From assembly GCA_963797095.1 (NCBI GenBank), contig CAWCNY010000001.1:527924-591923 (forward strand): DNA of 64,000 nucleotides, given 5' to 3'. The notes below the pieces were generated by a model. The model was not told where the DNA came from and did not search any database. It saw nothing but the letters and a program-made list of their open reading frames with translations. The stretch's first letter is position 1, and every line of letters begins with the position of its first letter. Of this stretch, positions 10,379 through 21,700 are shown piece by piece. Source of the DNA: an uncultured Chloroflexia bacterium (lineage in GTDB: Bacteria; Chloroflexota; Chloroflexia; QHBQ01; JADMIH01). Made by a program: the position numbers and the translations under genes.

Positions 10379-12221
10379 TCTAGAACAAACAGCTTTTGCT
10401 GCCTCTGAAGTGCCGCTTGATTGGTGGGCTGCCGTACATCTGGCGCTCGGTACGCGCGCACTTGAATGGGGCGGTGAGTACGAGGTCGACAGTACAACAC
10501 CTCTGAGCCTAACACTGCGTTGGCCCGCCGTTACATCTCATTTAGGATCGCTGCTCGGGCTGCAACTTCATCTGCCTCCTGATCCTGAGGCCGAGGCGGG
10601 CTGGCGCGCCCAGGGAGCTGCCGGGATCGCCATACAAATGGATCCTGCTCGAGAGGATCACCGCACGGTCACTTCTCAGTGGCAGGCGCAATTTGCCAAC
10701 CGGCGCTACACAGGTGAAACAGTGGTGTCGCTCACACTTTCCGGACAAGCCGTAGCGGGGGCAGATTGCGTGATCATTTACCGCCTCGACACTTCTGACC
10801 AGGCTCGGTATGAGTATATGCGTCAGTGGCTTGAGAAACAGCAGGAGGGCAGGGCAGTAACAGATCAGGTGATCGCTATCCTGGCCCAAGCATCTTTGCC
10901 GACAACGTACAGCCGTCTTGAGGCCAAGTGGGACGCGCTGCGGAAGGCCCATGAGCATCTGTCTGCTGCATTGCCACCGATCCTTGCCAGCCCTAACGTG
11001 GTGCTCAAGCGTGCCGACCGAGTCGTCGAATGGACTGAGTGGATTGGGCGTCATGACCTTTCACGGGCGTTACCCGAACCTGGCACCACCTGGATGCGAA
11101 TGCCCTCTACGTCGGGGTTAGGTGGCGGCGAGGCCGAGGTAAAGGTGCTGCCACGCCGCCTCGTGCTGCGAAACACGGTACGCAGTTTTGATGTCTCGGC
11201 TAATCGATACGTAAGGGACACCGTCGACATGCTTGTGGACGAAGCGCGCGCAGTTGAGCGCGAGGCCGCAAAGCGTATGACCCAACTGCAGCAGGAATCC
11301 GCGATCGCGATGCACCCACGTTGGAAGGCACGCTTCCTCAATGCCCTTGTACATTACGAAAGTCTGGCTGCGAAGGCCCGTAGCCTGCGCAAGCGCGCAA
11401 ATCACCAATGGATCGTATCCAGTTTTCTGGGTGACATAGCACCCGCCCAACCGAAGGCGAGTGACCTCGTGTGGCGGGACAACACCTATTACAGGCACGT
11501 ACGGACAATTCGGGCAACTCTGGAGCGCGAATTGCAGGCCGCAGAAAATGCGCTATTTATGGATCGAGTAGTGACTGGTACTGCTAGTATCAACGAAATC
11601 TTCGAGGTGTGGCTAGCTGCTATCGTGTTGCGAACGCTTACAGAGGAACTAGGGTGCCAGTTGCTAAGGAAAGGTGGCAGACCAATAGACAGAAAGAGCG
11701 ACCGCCCGCCAAGTTACTTGCTCAACCGTGGTTCATCGGCGGAGCTGTTCAGTCCGATCGGGCGGCGACTGGTCGTGCGCTTCGATACCGAATATCCGGC
11801 AATTCGGTCAGAAACCGATCTATTGTGGCGTGAAAGACTGTTGAGTTATGGGGTCGATCGGCGTAGCTGGCCCGGAGCAAAAGGGAGACCCGACATTGCA
11901 ATCGAGGTATGGGATGATGAGCAGCGTGTGCAAGTACCTCGAATAATCGTACTGGACGCGACCTGGAGCAGCCGCCTTGAAACGCATATTGAGAAGTTTC
12001 TGTACCGCGAAACCATTAGAGACTTCACCACAGTCGAGGCCAGTGGTAAGCCTGCCCGCCCTGTAATCGCATCATGGGTTGTCTACCCTGGGGATCCGAA
12101 TGAAGTCGACCATGAAGACGATTACCGGACCGGGCGTTTGCCAATCGAGCCTGGACCGGGTTGTGAAGCCATTCTGCTTACATATTTGCAGCAATTCCTG
12201 AAGATTGCGGGTGGGTATTGA
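10365..12221 (+). CDS. McrC-like protein (DUF2357 + PD-(D/E)xK-like C-terminal domain)
   Basis: Overlaps the McrB stop; GTG 10365 after GGAGG; SFDVSANRYV, NEIFEVW and RPDIAIE..IVLDATW motifs. Confidence 0.75.
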   Translation: MDSSNLEQTAFAASEVPLDWWAAVHLALGTRALEWGGEYEVDSTTPLSLTLRWPAVTSHLGSLLGLQLHLPPDPEAEAGWRAQGAAGIAIQMDPAREDHRTVTSQWQAQFANRRYTGETVVSLTLSGQAVAGADCVIIYRLDTSDQARYEYMRQWLEKQQEGRAVTDQVIAILAQASLPTTYSRLEAKWDALRKAHEHLSAALPPILASPNVVLKRADRVVEWTEWIGRHDLSRALPEPGTTWMRMPSTSGLGGGEAEVKVLPRRLVLRNTVRSFDVSANRYVRDTVDMLVDEARAVEREAAKRMTQLQQESAIAMHPRWKARFLNALVHYESLAAKARSLRKRANHQWIVSSFLGDIAPAQPKASDLVWRDNTYYRHVRTIRATLERELQAAENALFMDRVVTGTASINEIFEVWLAAIVLRTLTEELGCQLLRKGGRPIDRKSDRPPSYLLNRGSSAELFSPIGRRLVVRFDTEYPAIRSETDLLWRERLLSYGVDRRSWPGAKGRPDIAIEVWDDEQRVQVPRIIVLDATWSSRLETHIEKFLYRETIRDFTTVEASGKPARPVIASWVVYPGDPNEVDHEDDYRTGRLPIEPGPGCEAILLTYLQQFLKIAGGY

Positions 12222-12376
12222 AATTTAGCAGACGACCTAGCCGTCTTCGCCTATCGTTCGCCCGACGATCCGCGGTTCGCAGGCATAGATCCTTTATTGA
12301 AGGGTACAACGCAACCGGAGTGCAAGCATAGAACCGCCGAAGTTTGCCTCAGAGCGCCGTCAACATAGGATAAGTA

Positions 12377-13318
12377 TCAACTTCGGCTTACCACCTCCGA
12401 ATGCCGAGATGGGATACGCTTATAGCGGGTAGGAAGAAAATGGAACATCCAACGCATGAGTGTTTGCCAGGCGTAAGTTGCGTTGAACTCCGGCTGATTC
12501 CTACATGGAAGCGTCCGCAGAAAGTTGCAGACAGCCCCAAACCGCTGCAACTCAATGAGGAACTCGTCTACCGCTCTGACAATCGGCTTCTGTAGTAGTA
12601 ACACGCCTATGCAGGCCTCGAATGCAGCCCGTGGCAGCCCTGACTGTACGGGAAGCTCGACAAGTTCCACTTCCGCCACCGCCTGCGATGCCGCAGTCAA
12701 CTCGTGGAGGCGCCCTGAATACGCGACATACAAGTCGGCAGGATCACGAAGCTTTGGTAGCCAACTCTCCTGAGACACTGGTTGAAACTGCTCATTAGGG
12801 GATTCGCCTGTGACAGCAGTTTCGCCTGAAGGAGCAGGCGGAGTAGGGATGTATTGCCGTACTAACTCGACAGCAGCAACCGTGTGGTTGTAGAGGTCAT
12901 CATCAACCTTTATGCAGCCTATGAACAACTCGGTTTCAAATGACTGGAGCTCTCCTGCAGACAAGGGCACTAGCAGTTCGAGGTTTGGCTGACTTGACCA
13001 ACCTAATGCAGTTGCCGTGAGGTTTGCTGATCCTACTAGGCAACTATCATCGGCCCTGTAGTATTTCGCATGTAAATCGGACCGAAGCCACAATGATGCA
13101 CCGGACCGAGCCCTAAGTAATGGCCAAACCTCCAAGTCGCTAACCCCAATGGCGATCTCATCCGTTCGCCACCGCGTCACGCACTTTATCGGGAGATCAT
13201 TCTCCACCAGTGCCAGTAAACGCGCTAATGTTCCTGCCTTAACGAATGGGGCGACCAGCAGTATGTTTCGTCGCCCCGCTCGGCACAGTTGCTCTAGTTG
13301 TATACCTAGCGCTGTCAA
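12377..13318 (-). CDS. Single-HKD phospholipase-D-family nuclease
   Basis: VAPFVK, LHAKYYRADD (HxKx4D), VGSANLT, NLEL. Probable TTG start 13318 overlaps the MORC stop. Confidence 0.85.
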   Translation of the reverse strand: MTALGIQLEQLCRAGRRNILLVAPFVKAGTLARLLALVENDLPIKCVTRWRTDEIAIGVSDLEVWPLLRARSGASLWLRSDLHAKYYRADDSCLVGSANLTATALGWSSQPNLELLVPLSAGELQSFETELFIGCIKVDDDLYNHTVAAVELVRQYIPTPPAPSGETAVTGESPNEQFQPVSQESWLPKLRDPADLYVAYSGRLHELTAASQAVAEVELVELPVQSGLPRAAFEACIGVLLLQKPIVRAVDEFLIELQRFGAVCNFLRTLPCRNQPEFNATYAWQTLMRWMFHFLPTRYKRIPSRHSEVVSRS

Positions 13319-15105
13319 TCCTCTCGTTCCAGAAACATCCTTGCCATCTTCCCCCAATCGGAACGAGCATCCTGTGCACGTCTCCTAGGCTGACCATCAG
13401 GTTGCTCATCTTCATACCGCGCCCATGCCGACAGCAACAGTTTAAGTCCATCAGAGGCTAGGTTCAGGCGCTCCTGCAGTTTGTCGGCGTCTATGGTGTC
13501 TTCCTCCCTCTCAAGTACCTCTACCAAGTGTTGGTAAGCAGGATGATTTGTGTTTAATATGATAACGATAGCACCGCCTCTCGGCTTAACAGTGAAAAAG
13601 GCCGGCATCTCTAGATCTGCCTGTGCGAATAGGTACTTCAGCCCATCACCCACCGTTGTTGCCGCCATCTGCTTGGCAGCCTCCTCCGGCACACCTTCAT
13701 CAAGTAGTGTGCGCTCAATATCGGCTTCACGCTGCTGAGGTGACAGATTCTCGTCCTTATCACTTTCGCCTTTATAGCCCTCATGTTGGCGCTCACGAGT
13801 AGCATTTGTCGCTATAGCCTCAGGAGATGTGGGTGCATGGCGCTGCTCTTTAGTTCGCACTCCCTTCGTCTGCTGCCTCAACCATGTACGCATCTGTGAG
13901 AGGTTCGTGCGTATACGTTGTGCAATCTCCAAAAGGGGAGCGCGGGGGTCCTCATCTTCACGCATCTCTGCTATGGCTGCTGCACTTGTCTCTAACTGAC
14001 TCAACTCGCTCAATTCGGCGAAGTTCCGCGCCGCTTGCTTGTTGTTCGTAACACCAAATAGCTCGTCCAATGCAGGGGGAAACTCCACCTCGATGCCCCA
14101 CCAACGCTCTACTGGATCGTAGTGGATTATCCATGATTGATCGAGGTCTAGCTCTCGTGCTGCTCGCACAATCGAGACACCAGTGTTCTTGGCTGCGTGC
14201 TTCCCGTGTGGTTGCGACCCGGGATTCTGACCTTCCCGTGCTTCCTTCTTGGCAAGAGAGAAGCGCGTCTTGACAATGTGTTCCTGCCCACGGAAGCTTA
14301 CTGTATGCGAGATCTCATAATATTCATCACTCGGCCATGGATTGAACATGGCTATATCGTGGAAAGGTGGAGGACAGGATGTGTGCTTCATTAAGTACCC
14401 TGGGTCATTTGGCAGCGCGTCCGCCTCACTTTGTTGGAAACTGGGATTGTCCGCGTCAAACGCAAGCATACGAATTCTGACCTGCTTATTATCTAGGAAG
14501 CGTCTATACATTCGGCCTATCAGGAATTCGGAGTTCTCGATAATTGCGCGAGCCGTACGCCACATGATACGGTCTAGATCCGACCAGACTACCAATGTAC
14601 CACTCTTCTCAAAGGTAGCACCAACCTGGCGCCACAGATTAGGAATCTCTACGTGCCTGGGATCGGGAATAGCTGTCTGCTTCTTGGTGCGGATTTCATT
14701 GACATCCAGGTATGTATATAGGGACGAGTCCGGACCGTCCTGCCAAGACCATACTTCTACTCGTGTGCATTGTGAGATTGATGCGCTAGGCAGGCCCATT
14801 CCGAACTTGCCCATGCCCTGCTGTTCGGCCGGGACGAGGTGCATACCATTGCCAAACTGTAGAGCAACCTTCAGTACATGAGCATCCATTCCACAACCAT
14901 TGTCAAGTACGGCAATCTGATGAATGCGGGAGCGCTGGCGAAGCTCAATAATTGAAGTACGCTCGGCACAGAGCAATTCGACAACCGTTGCTCTGGCCTG
15001 AATTGAATTATCCATCAACTCAGCAATAGCATAGGCCGCGTTCTTATAGCCGTTGTCACGCATTGCCTGCACTGCAAGATGAGCAGGCACAATCTCTTCG
15101 CTCAT
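13315..15105 (-). CDS. MORC-like GHKL ATPase
   Basis: AIAELMDNSIQA, DNGCGM, GKFGMGL, GTLV; ATG 15105 overlaps the helicase TGA. Confidence 0.88.
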   Translation of the reverse strand: MSEEIVPAHLAVQAMRDNGYKNAAYAIAELMDNSIQARATVVELLCAERTSIIELRQRSRIHQIAVLDNGCGMDAHVLKVALQFGNGMHLVPAEQQGMGKFGMGLPSASISQCTRVEVWSWQDGPDSSLYTYLDVNEIRTKKQTAIPDPRHVEIPNLWRQVGATFEKSGTLVVWSDLDRIMWRTARAIIENSEFLIGRMYRRFLDNKQVRIRMLAFDADNPSFQQSEADALPNDPGYLMKHTSCPPPFHDIAMFNPWPSDEYYEISHTVSFRGQEHIVKTRFSLAKKEAREGQNPGSQPHGKHAAKNTGVSIVRAARELDLDQSWIIHYDPVERWWGIEVEFPPALDELFGVTNNKQAARNFAELSELSQLETSAAAIAEMREDEDPRAPLLEIAQRIRTNLSQMRTWLRQQTKGVRTKEQRHAPTSPEAIATNATRERQHEGYKGESDKDENLSPQQREADIERTLLDEGVPEEAAKQMAATTVGDGLKYLFAQADLEMPAFFTVKPRGGAIVIILNTNHPAYQHLVEVLEREEDTIDADKLQERLNLASDGLKLLLSAWARYEDEQPDGQPRRRAQDARSDWGKMARMFLERED

Positions 15106-16715
15106 TCTTCCCTCCAAACATCTTCCCAGTTGCCAAAGGCTTCAGCCATGCTGCCGAATCCTGGCAACTCAGTATCGACAACGGTTACGACTTCCGCGTC
15201 GACGTTTCCACCTACCTTCGGCCCCCTGGTCGCTCGACCCACCATTTGACTATAAAGCACTAACGACTTCGTGGGTCGTGCTATGAGGGCCGCGCTTGTT
15301 TTAGGTGCATTAAAACCTGTGGTCAGCACGCCATAGTTGCAGATAATTCTAGGGTCATCGCCTTCCCCTTTGTAGCGCGCGAGCAGGCGACTTCTCTCAA
15401 GGGATGACGTGGTTCCTGTCACAGCGGCTGCATCGTGCCCACGCGCGCTAAGTACAGCTGCCAGTAAATGTGAGTGCTCCACTGACGCCGCAAAGATCAG
15501 CACCCGTTTATGCCTCCTGATAAGTTTCTCCACCTCCACTATGATCGCGAGATTGCGCTGATCGTCCTCAGCAAGCCGCTTTAGTATTCTTTCTGGGATA
15601 TCTAGCTCCTGCCCTATCTCCTTCATGTCTGCGGAGCTCAAGCCTAAGCCGCTACCACTTGGCAGTGTTCGGTAATTGACACGGGCTAAGTAGCCCTCGG
15701 CCACGAGGTACGCAATAGGATTGGTGTAACCCTCAATCCTGAGTCCGACTTTGTGCCGACCAAAGTAGTCGGACAACTCTGCGTCAGCACTAGGATCATT
15801 CCAGGTCCGGCCCGGTGTGGCGGTAAGCCCTAATAGGCCTGCCGCCCGACCTTGTGTCACCAGCATATCAAGCACTAATCGGTAAGCTGGAGCAATTGCC
15901 TGATGAGCCTCGTCGATAATGACTAGCGTACATCGGCCTGCTAGCGTTCCCAATAGGGACGATCCTTGGCGACCTGCAATGAACAGCTTCGCAAGCCCAG
16001 CAATGACGATGCCATCCGATGCTCGTTCAAGCTCCAATGAATGGGGACCCCAGAATCGGTTTACATTGACTTCACGATCCCCCAAGACGGCCCAGGTTGA
16101 TTCGAATTCCGATGCAGCCTGCTCGCACAACTCTTCGCTGTAGGCTAACCAAACCGCCAACGCCGGCTCTTGGGTGCGGAGATGATCTGCAATTACCTGC
16201 ATGGCCATTCTGGTCTTGCCAGCACCTGTGGGCATGTGCAAGAGCACCCGATGCGGTTCCTGGCTCAGTGCGGTTCGTACCTCACGCACTGCGGTACGCT
16301 GGTGTTCAAATAGTGAAAGCTCGCCTATGACGGAACCACTTGAGGGTACATAAGCGACTTCATTTGGTGCAGGAACGACCAACTCGAAGAACTCAAATAA
16401 CAGACGTTCGCGCTCTGAGCCTCTTCGAATCTCGATGGAGCGTAGAGCAGCGAAAACATCCCCACTGTTCTTCAAACCCAGGGCATTTGCTAGCCTGTTT
16501 GCCTCAGGGGTGCGCAAGAGGTCTAGCAGAAGCTCGCGGCTTGTACGACTAATGAGGAGATCCTCACGTGAGCGCAATTGGAGCATGATCTCACTAAGAT
16601 TGCCAGGATTCACAGAACGTGAGTCGAGTAACCCGAGCAGTCGAATAGTAGGCCCGCCAAGTAAATCCTGGAGGGTCGCGTCATCGGCTCGGGATAGTAG
16701 ATCATCGAACTTCAT
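15102..16715 (-). CDS. SF2 DEAH helicase (type III restriction Res-like)
   Basis: MPTGAGKT, IIDEAH, GLTATP, VLTTGFN, QMVGRATR. Confidence 0.92.
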   Translation of the reverse strand: MKFDDLLSRADDATLQDLLGGPTIRLLGLLDSRSVNPGNLSEIMLQLRSREDLLISRTSRELLLDLLRTPEANRLANALGLKNSGDVFAALRSIEIRRGSERERLLFEFFELVVPAPNEVAYVPSSGSVIGELSLFEHQRTAVREVRTALSQEPHRVLLHMPTGAGKTRMAMQVIADHLRTQEPALAVWLAYSEELCEQAASEFESTWAVLGDREVNVNRFWGPHSLELERASDGIVIAGLAKLFIAGRQGSSLLGTLAGRCTLVIIDEAHQAIAPAYRLVLDMLVTQGRAAGLLGLTATPGRTWNDPSADAELSDYFGRHKVGLRIEGYTNPIAYLVAEGYLARVNYRTLPSGSGLGLSSADMKEIGQELDIPERILKRLAEDDQRNLAIIVEVEKLIRRHKRVLIFAASVEHSHLLAAVLSARGHDAAAVTGTTSSLERSRLLARYKGEGDDPRIICNYGVLTTGFNAPKTSAALIARPTKSLVLYSQMVGRATRGPKVGGNVDAEVVTVVDTELPGFGSMAEAFGNWEDVWREE

Positions 16716-16786
16716 CAGCTATTTAAGAACACCCACAGCTTTTACTTGGAGTACACAGCGTGCCCACTTTGGATTCACATGAGGAG

Positions 16787-17968
16787 CTACCGTACCGAGG
16801 ACTGAACAGTATGAAGGCGCTCTGCTGCCCGAATGATAGCGTCAGTAGCGTGGGCGACTTCGTCATCGGTAGTGAATCTTCCCACGCCAATGCGCACGGT
16901 GCTGTATGCGTCTTCTCTGCTCAGCCCTATCGCCAACAGCACGTATGAGGGTTCTGGGGCTCCGCTAGTACAGGCAGAGCCCGTGCTTAGCGCTACCTGA
17001 GGCGTATTAGCTATCAGCGCTTCGGCGTCCAGTCCTGGGAATGTAAGGCTGCTGTTGCCAGGTAGGCGTGCGTGAACAGCTCCGTTGCGCCGGGCAGCAG
17101 TGAGAGCGTTCATCAAAACACCTTCGAGCCTATCTCGCAGCTCGCTGACACGAGCTGCTTCGGTTGGGAGCGAATCCATATATAGCGCGCACGCGGCGCC
17201 CAGCCCGACAATGCCTGGCACATTCAGAGTTCCAGGGCGTAGATCCCGCTCCTGGCCTCCTCCAAAAACCAGGGGCTGCATAGGGAGTGAGTATGCACCG
17301 CCCCTGATGTAGAGCGCACCAACTCCTTTCGGTCCATATATCTTGTGGGCGCTCAAGGACAAGAGGTCTACATCGCACGCATCGACATTGACCGGGATCT
17401 TACCTACCGCCTGCGCGGCGTCACTATGCACAAGAGCCCCTTTGTCGTGGGCTAGAGCAGCGATCTCGGCCAGGGGTTGAATTGTCCCTATTTCGTTGTT
17501 TGCTGCCTGTACTGAAACCAATAGCGTATCATCTGTAATCGCACTCTTCACAGCGATCATTTCAACGCGCCCGTCCGCGCCAACCGGTAGCAGGACTAGC
17601 TCGAACCCTTCTTTCTCGAGTTGGTGGCAGGGTTCGAGCACGGCCTTATGTTCGATAGAAGTCGTAACGATCCGCCGCCGGACATGACCGCCTCTCAACT
17701 CTGCAATACCCGCCATACCCCGGGCCAGCCCTAATATTGCCAGGTTGTTGCTCTCAGTGGCCCCTGACGTGAAGACAATCTCACCAGGTTGAGCCCCTAG
17801 CAAATCAGCCACATGCGCTCGCGCCGCTTCAACCGCAGACAATGCCTCGCGCCCAGCTGCATGGAGTGTACTTGAGGCGTTTCCAAAGGTATGTCCAAAG
17901 AAGGGTAACATTTGTTCCACAACCCTCGGATCACATGGAGTCGTGGCATGGTAGTCTAAATAAATCAT
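16787..17968 (-). CDS. sspA: Cysteine desulfurase (SspA/DndA/IscS type)
   Basis: IYLDYHATTP, SGATESNN, SAHKIYGPKG (PLP Lys), STGSACTSG (catalytic Cys); ATG at 17968; directly downstream of sspD. Confidence 0.9.
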   Translation of the reverse strand: MIYLDYHATTPCDPRVVEQMLPFFGHTFGNASSTLHAAGREALSAVEAARAHVADLLGAQPGEIVFTSGATESNNLAILGLARGMAGIAELRGGHVRRRIVTTSIEHKAVLEPCHQLEKEGFELVLLPVGADGRVEMIAVKSAITDDTLLVSVQAANNEIGTIQPLAEIAALAHDKGALVHSDAAQAVGKIPVNVDACDVDLLSLSAHKIYGPKGVGALYIRGGAYSLPMQPLVFGGGQERDLRPGTLNVPGIVGLGAACALYMDSLPTEAARVSELRDRLEGVLMNALTAARRNGAVHARLPGNSSLTFPGLDAEALIANTPQVALSTGSACTSGAPEPSYVLLAIGLSREDAYSTVRIGVGRFTTDDEVAHATDAIIRAAERLHTVQSSVR

Positions 17969-17984
17969 TAAGTGCCTCGCACTA

Positions 17985-18797
17985 TTATAGCTGACAGACC
18001 AGACAGCCGCCATCGTCGTCTAAGCTGTCTGGCTCGCCTGTGAACATCTCGGCCAGCGTCTTCGGCCTTCTGCGGGCGGCCGCCTGCGTCTTTCGCTTCT
18101 GTTCCTCGCGCTGGATCTGCTCGACACGTTCTGGTCGAGCGAGTTCTTGCAGGCTCTCGTGCTGAGCCCAAGTATATCCTTGCTCAGGCTTCTCATAGCC
18201 CTTCGCGCTCTCGTACAGTTCAGGGTGCTTCTCAAGTAAACCCACCCACTCCTTCTTCCGCTGAAAGAAGCAGAAATAGCACCCCGAACGGGTGCGCCAC
18301 TCGTAATACTCAGGCATGCCTATCCCACTATCATCTAGAATTCGGAACACGTCGTCTTTTGTTATGCCATCTTCCTTGAAGGGGAATACCGGGGTTATTG
18401 TGGGTTTGGTGCTGATATATCCTTCGCGGTTCTCATCACTTCGAATGGCGACATAAAGATTCACCGGGTCGTCGCCAACATACTGCTCAAACGGTTCTAT
18501 CTTGAGCTTACGCGTACACCAGCGGACGCTCGGAGAGGGCAGAAATCCTCCATACATATCGAGCCAGTGGTCAAAACCACGATCTCCTAGGCCGCTAGCT
18601 AGCCGTGTGATAGGCTTTTCCAGATAAGCTTCAACTCGAGTCAGATATTCGTAGGTCTCGGGCAGTTCCTTCTGGGTATCACAGAAGAGATACTCCATAT
18701 CTATTTCTGGGTGATGGTCCCGCATATAGATAGCGAGCCCTGTGCTGTCTTTGCCACCGGACAACAGCAATATGTTACGTCGCAGCTTCTCACTCAT
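17985..18797 (-). CDS. sspD: PAPS-reductase-family protein SspD
   Basis: SGGKDS PP-loop, RWCTRKLKI, RSGCYFCFFQ, C-terminal CLVC; ATG 18797 overlaps the end of sspC. Confidence 0.88.
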   Translation of the reverse strand: MSEKLRRNILLLSGGKDSTGLAIYMRDHHPEIDMEYLFCDTQKELPETYEYLTRVEAYLEKPITRLASGLGDRGFDHWLDMYGGFLPSPSVRWCTRKLKIEPFEQYVGDDPVNLYVAIRSDENREGYISTKPTITPVFPFKEDGITKDDVFRILDDSGIGMPEYYEWRTRSGCYFCFFQRKKEWVGLLEKHPELYESAKGYEKPEQGYTWAQHESLQELARPERVEQIQREEQKRKTQAAARRRPKTLAEMFTGEPDSLDDDGGCLVCQL

Positions 18798-21700
18798 TAT
18801 CGTGCCCTCCCTGGCCACCGATGTCTCGGCCACCGATGTCTCCCATGTCTCCCAGATAGCGCATTGCAGCCTGGGCGAGGGCGGCTATACGCACCCTGCG
18901 TGCCTCCTCACTACCGTCCGTGCCTTGGCTCAACAGCGTGCTTATACGTTCCGTAAGGGCGTCTACAGAAGCAACTCGCTCAGGCGTCAAAGCAACGATA
19001 GCACGCGCTTCCTTAATGTGGCCGTTTAGTAACCCAATGCGCAGGACCTGGGTCGCGCCCGTGAGCTGTTGCTCTGTCACCAACTCTTCCAACCGGACAA
19101 AGTCGCTGGCTATCTGGCGCAGCCGTAAACCGAAGCCCACAGCGTCCGGGTCTCGCCATTGATTGGGAGGCGTGCCCTGGTTAACCACACGTCCTAGCAC
19201 TTCTCGCCACTCGCGACCTTCCAGGCGGCTGGACTCGCGTATGAACAACGTCAGGGTCTGCTCGGCGGACGTTCCTTCGATGGCTGCAGCCCTTCGTTGG
19301 AGCTGGCTACGCACGCTGTCAGACGATCCTTGCAGGTCGAACACAATCCGCACTTGCTCCTCTATCTGGTCCAGAAGCTTGTGATAGGCGTGCTGTAGAG
19401 CCAACAAGCAGTCTTTGAGCAGGCTGGCGAAAGAACCGCCCGGGTCCCACCGCAGCGAGGGGAGCCCCAGTGCTCGTGGCAGGTCCACAAACAGTAAGGC
19501 GTACGGATCGGCGGACCGCAACAGAATATCGCGGACCGCCACAGCCTGTGGCGGCTCTAGCTTCTTCGTGTTCTTAGCATATTGAGGCAGGTGCGCCGCG
19601 AACAGCACGAGGGGTTTTACCACCCCTAGCAGTTGCGAAGCACTATCGTCTTCTTTGAGCGGCCCTTGCACCGTTTCGAGTATGTCAGTAATATCGGCGA
19701 ACGCCTGCCGGTCTTCATCCGACACCACAAACTGCTGAATTTCAAAGGCTTCCGGTACACGGAGTAACCGCTCGATAACTTCGACCCTTAGTTCCGGCAC
19801 GAACACCCCGCCGTCGTAGAGCGCCACATCGTCCTTATGCGCCAGCAGTAGGGCGCACGTCAGGAGAGGAACGACCCCCTCGCGGAGGCCGAACGGAGCG
19901 CGTCTCAATCGGGAAGCTATCTCAAGGATTGGTCGGCGGTTGCTGTGTGTCTCTTGCAAGAATTCGTTTAGCGTGTGCCACACGGGTAGCCAGGTGCTGT
20001 TCGGTTCCCCTAGCTGCAGGCGCCCGCCCCGGAAGCCGTGGAAGCCGCCATCTTGTAGGAGCGACCGATACATGCTCACTTCGGGAGGGTTGCCTGTGAA
20101 GCCGAGGGTTGGCTCCCCTTCTCGACTCAGCATAGCTTCGAGCAGGTTGCGTCGAGCTTTGGCAGCTGAAGATGACAGATGATCGCGGTTGAGCAGCTCG
20201 TTACGCAGTACTGGGGCCTGGTTGTATACCTGATCGCAAAGCTTCGAGATCCACTGCGAGAAGCTCCTCGCGGAATGTAATTCGTGCAGTGTGCCCCCTT
20301 GCACCCATTCGCAGGCCGATACATCTAGCGAGTAGCCGCGGAGACCAAGTACGGAGCCAGCTAGGCTCTCCAGCCGCTCTATCGCCTGTCTCAGGCGCGC
20401 CTTCACTTCTTGCCTTGCCACAGGATCGCCCTGCAGCCCCGGGACATTTGAGGTCACCCACTCCCAGCTTTCGACTTCCCGCAGAGCCTCTTCCAAACCA
20501 GTCATCGGCCTAGGGAACGCCAAGATACGGAGGCGATGCTCAGGCTGTTGGCTGAACGTCAGCTCTTGCGCGTATTTAATGAGAGCCTCGCGCTCGGCGT
20601 CGGCCGGGGTAAGGACATAAAGTATCTGGCCGTCGGCTGGGGTAAGAGGCTGGTTGAACGTTTGGCGAAGGGTCAATGGATCGCCATCAATTAGATCGAC
20701 CGAGAAATAGCGGAGTGTGCCACGCTTGATGTAGTGAGAGCGCGCCACCAACGGGCGCACAGCAATTGACGCCTTAAGGCGCTCGGCCAGCCTACCATGC
20801 CCAACCATCTGTAGGGCTTCCTGGATAGCGGTGTCGAGGTCGACGTCCGAACCTTCCCACAGCGCGTAGGCGTCTTCGTGGCGCCTGTAGACCAATATCG
20901 AGGCGCGTTGTAGGTGAGCTATGGCTTCGTTCACGCCCTCGCGATTGCCCAATGCTAGCGCGATAAGCTCTTGCGAAGCCTTCAGGCCAACGGCCGCCCC
21001 GTAAAGGTTGAGTAAGCCAACAGTCTTAATAACGGCAGTCGCAAGGCGTGGGGCACCGACGGTAACTCGCTCCAGGGCGTTCTCTATCTCCGACCAGCGC
21101 CTGGCTCGATCTCCGCGATAGATAGCAGCGCCTAACGCAGTAGTAACGTAGTCATACAGATCGTCGCTGCGGTAGAAGGGTGGTAAACCCTCGCTCCAGG
21201 TGATACCTGCTAGAAACTGCTGGAAGCCGAACGGCTCTCGCCCCGTGAGAAAAGCGAATAAAGACCGCTCATTCTGGGCTAGCTTACTCCGGAACAGGGG
21301 CCACAGGAGCAGGGCAGTCACCGGGTGCAAAGGCGCACAATTCGCCAGCAATTCGCCTAAGGCCGGGAAGCGCTGTCCCACCTCACCAAAAGGTGGTGCT
21401 TGTACAACCTGCTCCGTCGCGTAGATATAGCTTGTCTCCAAGTCAGTAGGCATCTCACGGCCTATCGCAGCCCCTACCAGGCGTAGGAGCTGCTCTGGTG
21501 GCTCTTGGAAAGCGACATCAGTGAAGCGACCTTGAACTTTCTGCCACTCCCTGCGGCGTAAGTCGTCGAGCGTATCAAGATAGTCAGCAAATGACGCATG
21601 AAGTATTGTGACCAGCAGGATGGGGATGGTACTTCTGGCCGCTGCCTCTGCCAAGTGCTGCATGACTAGCAGGTCTTCGCTTTCCGGATGCTGGGACGCA

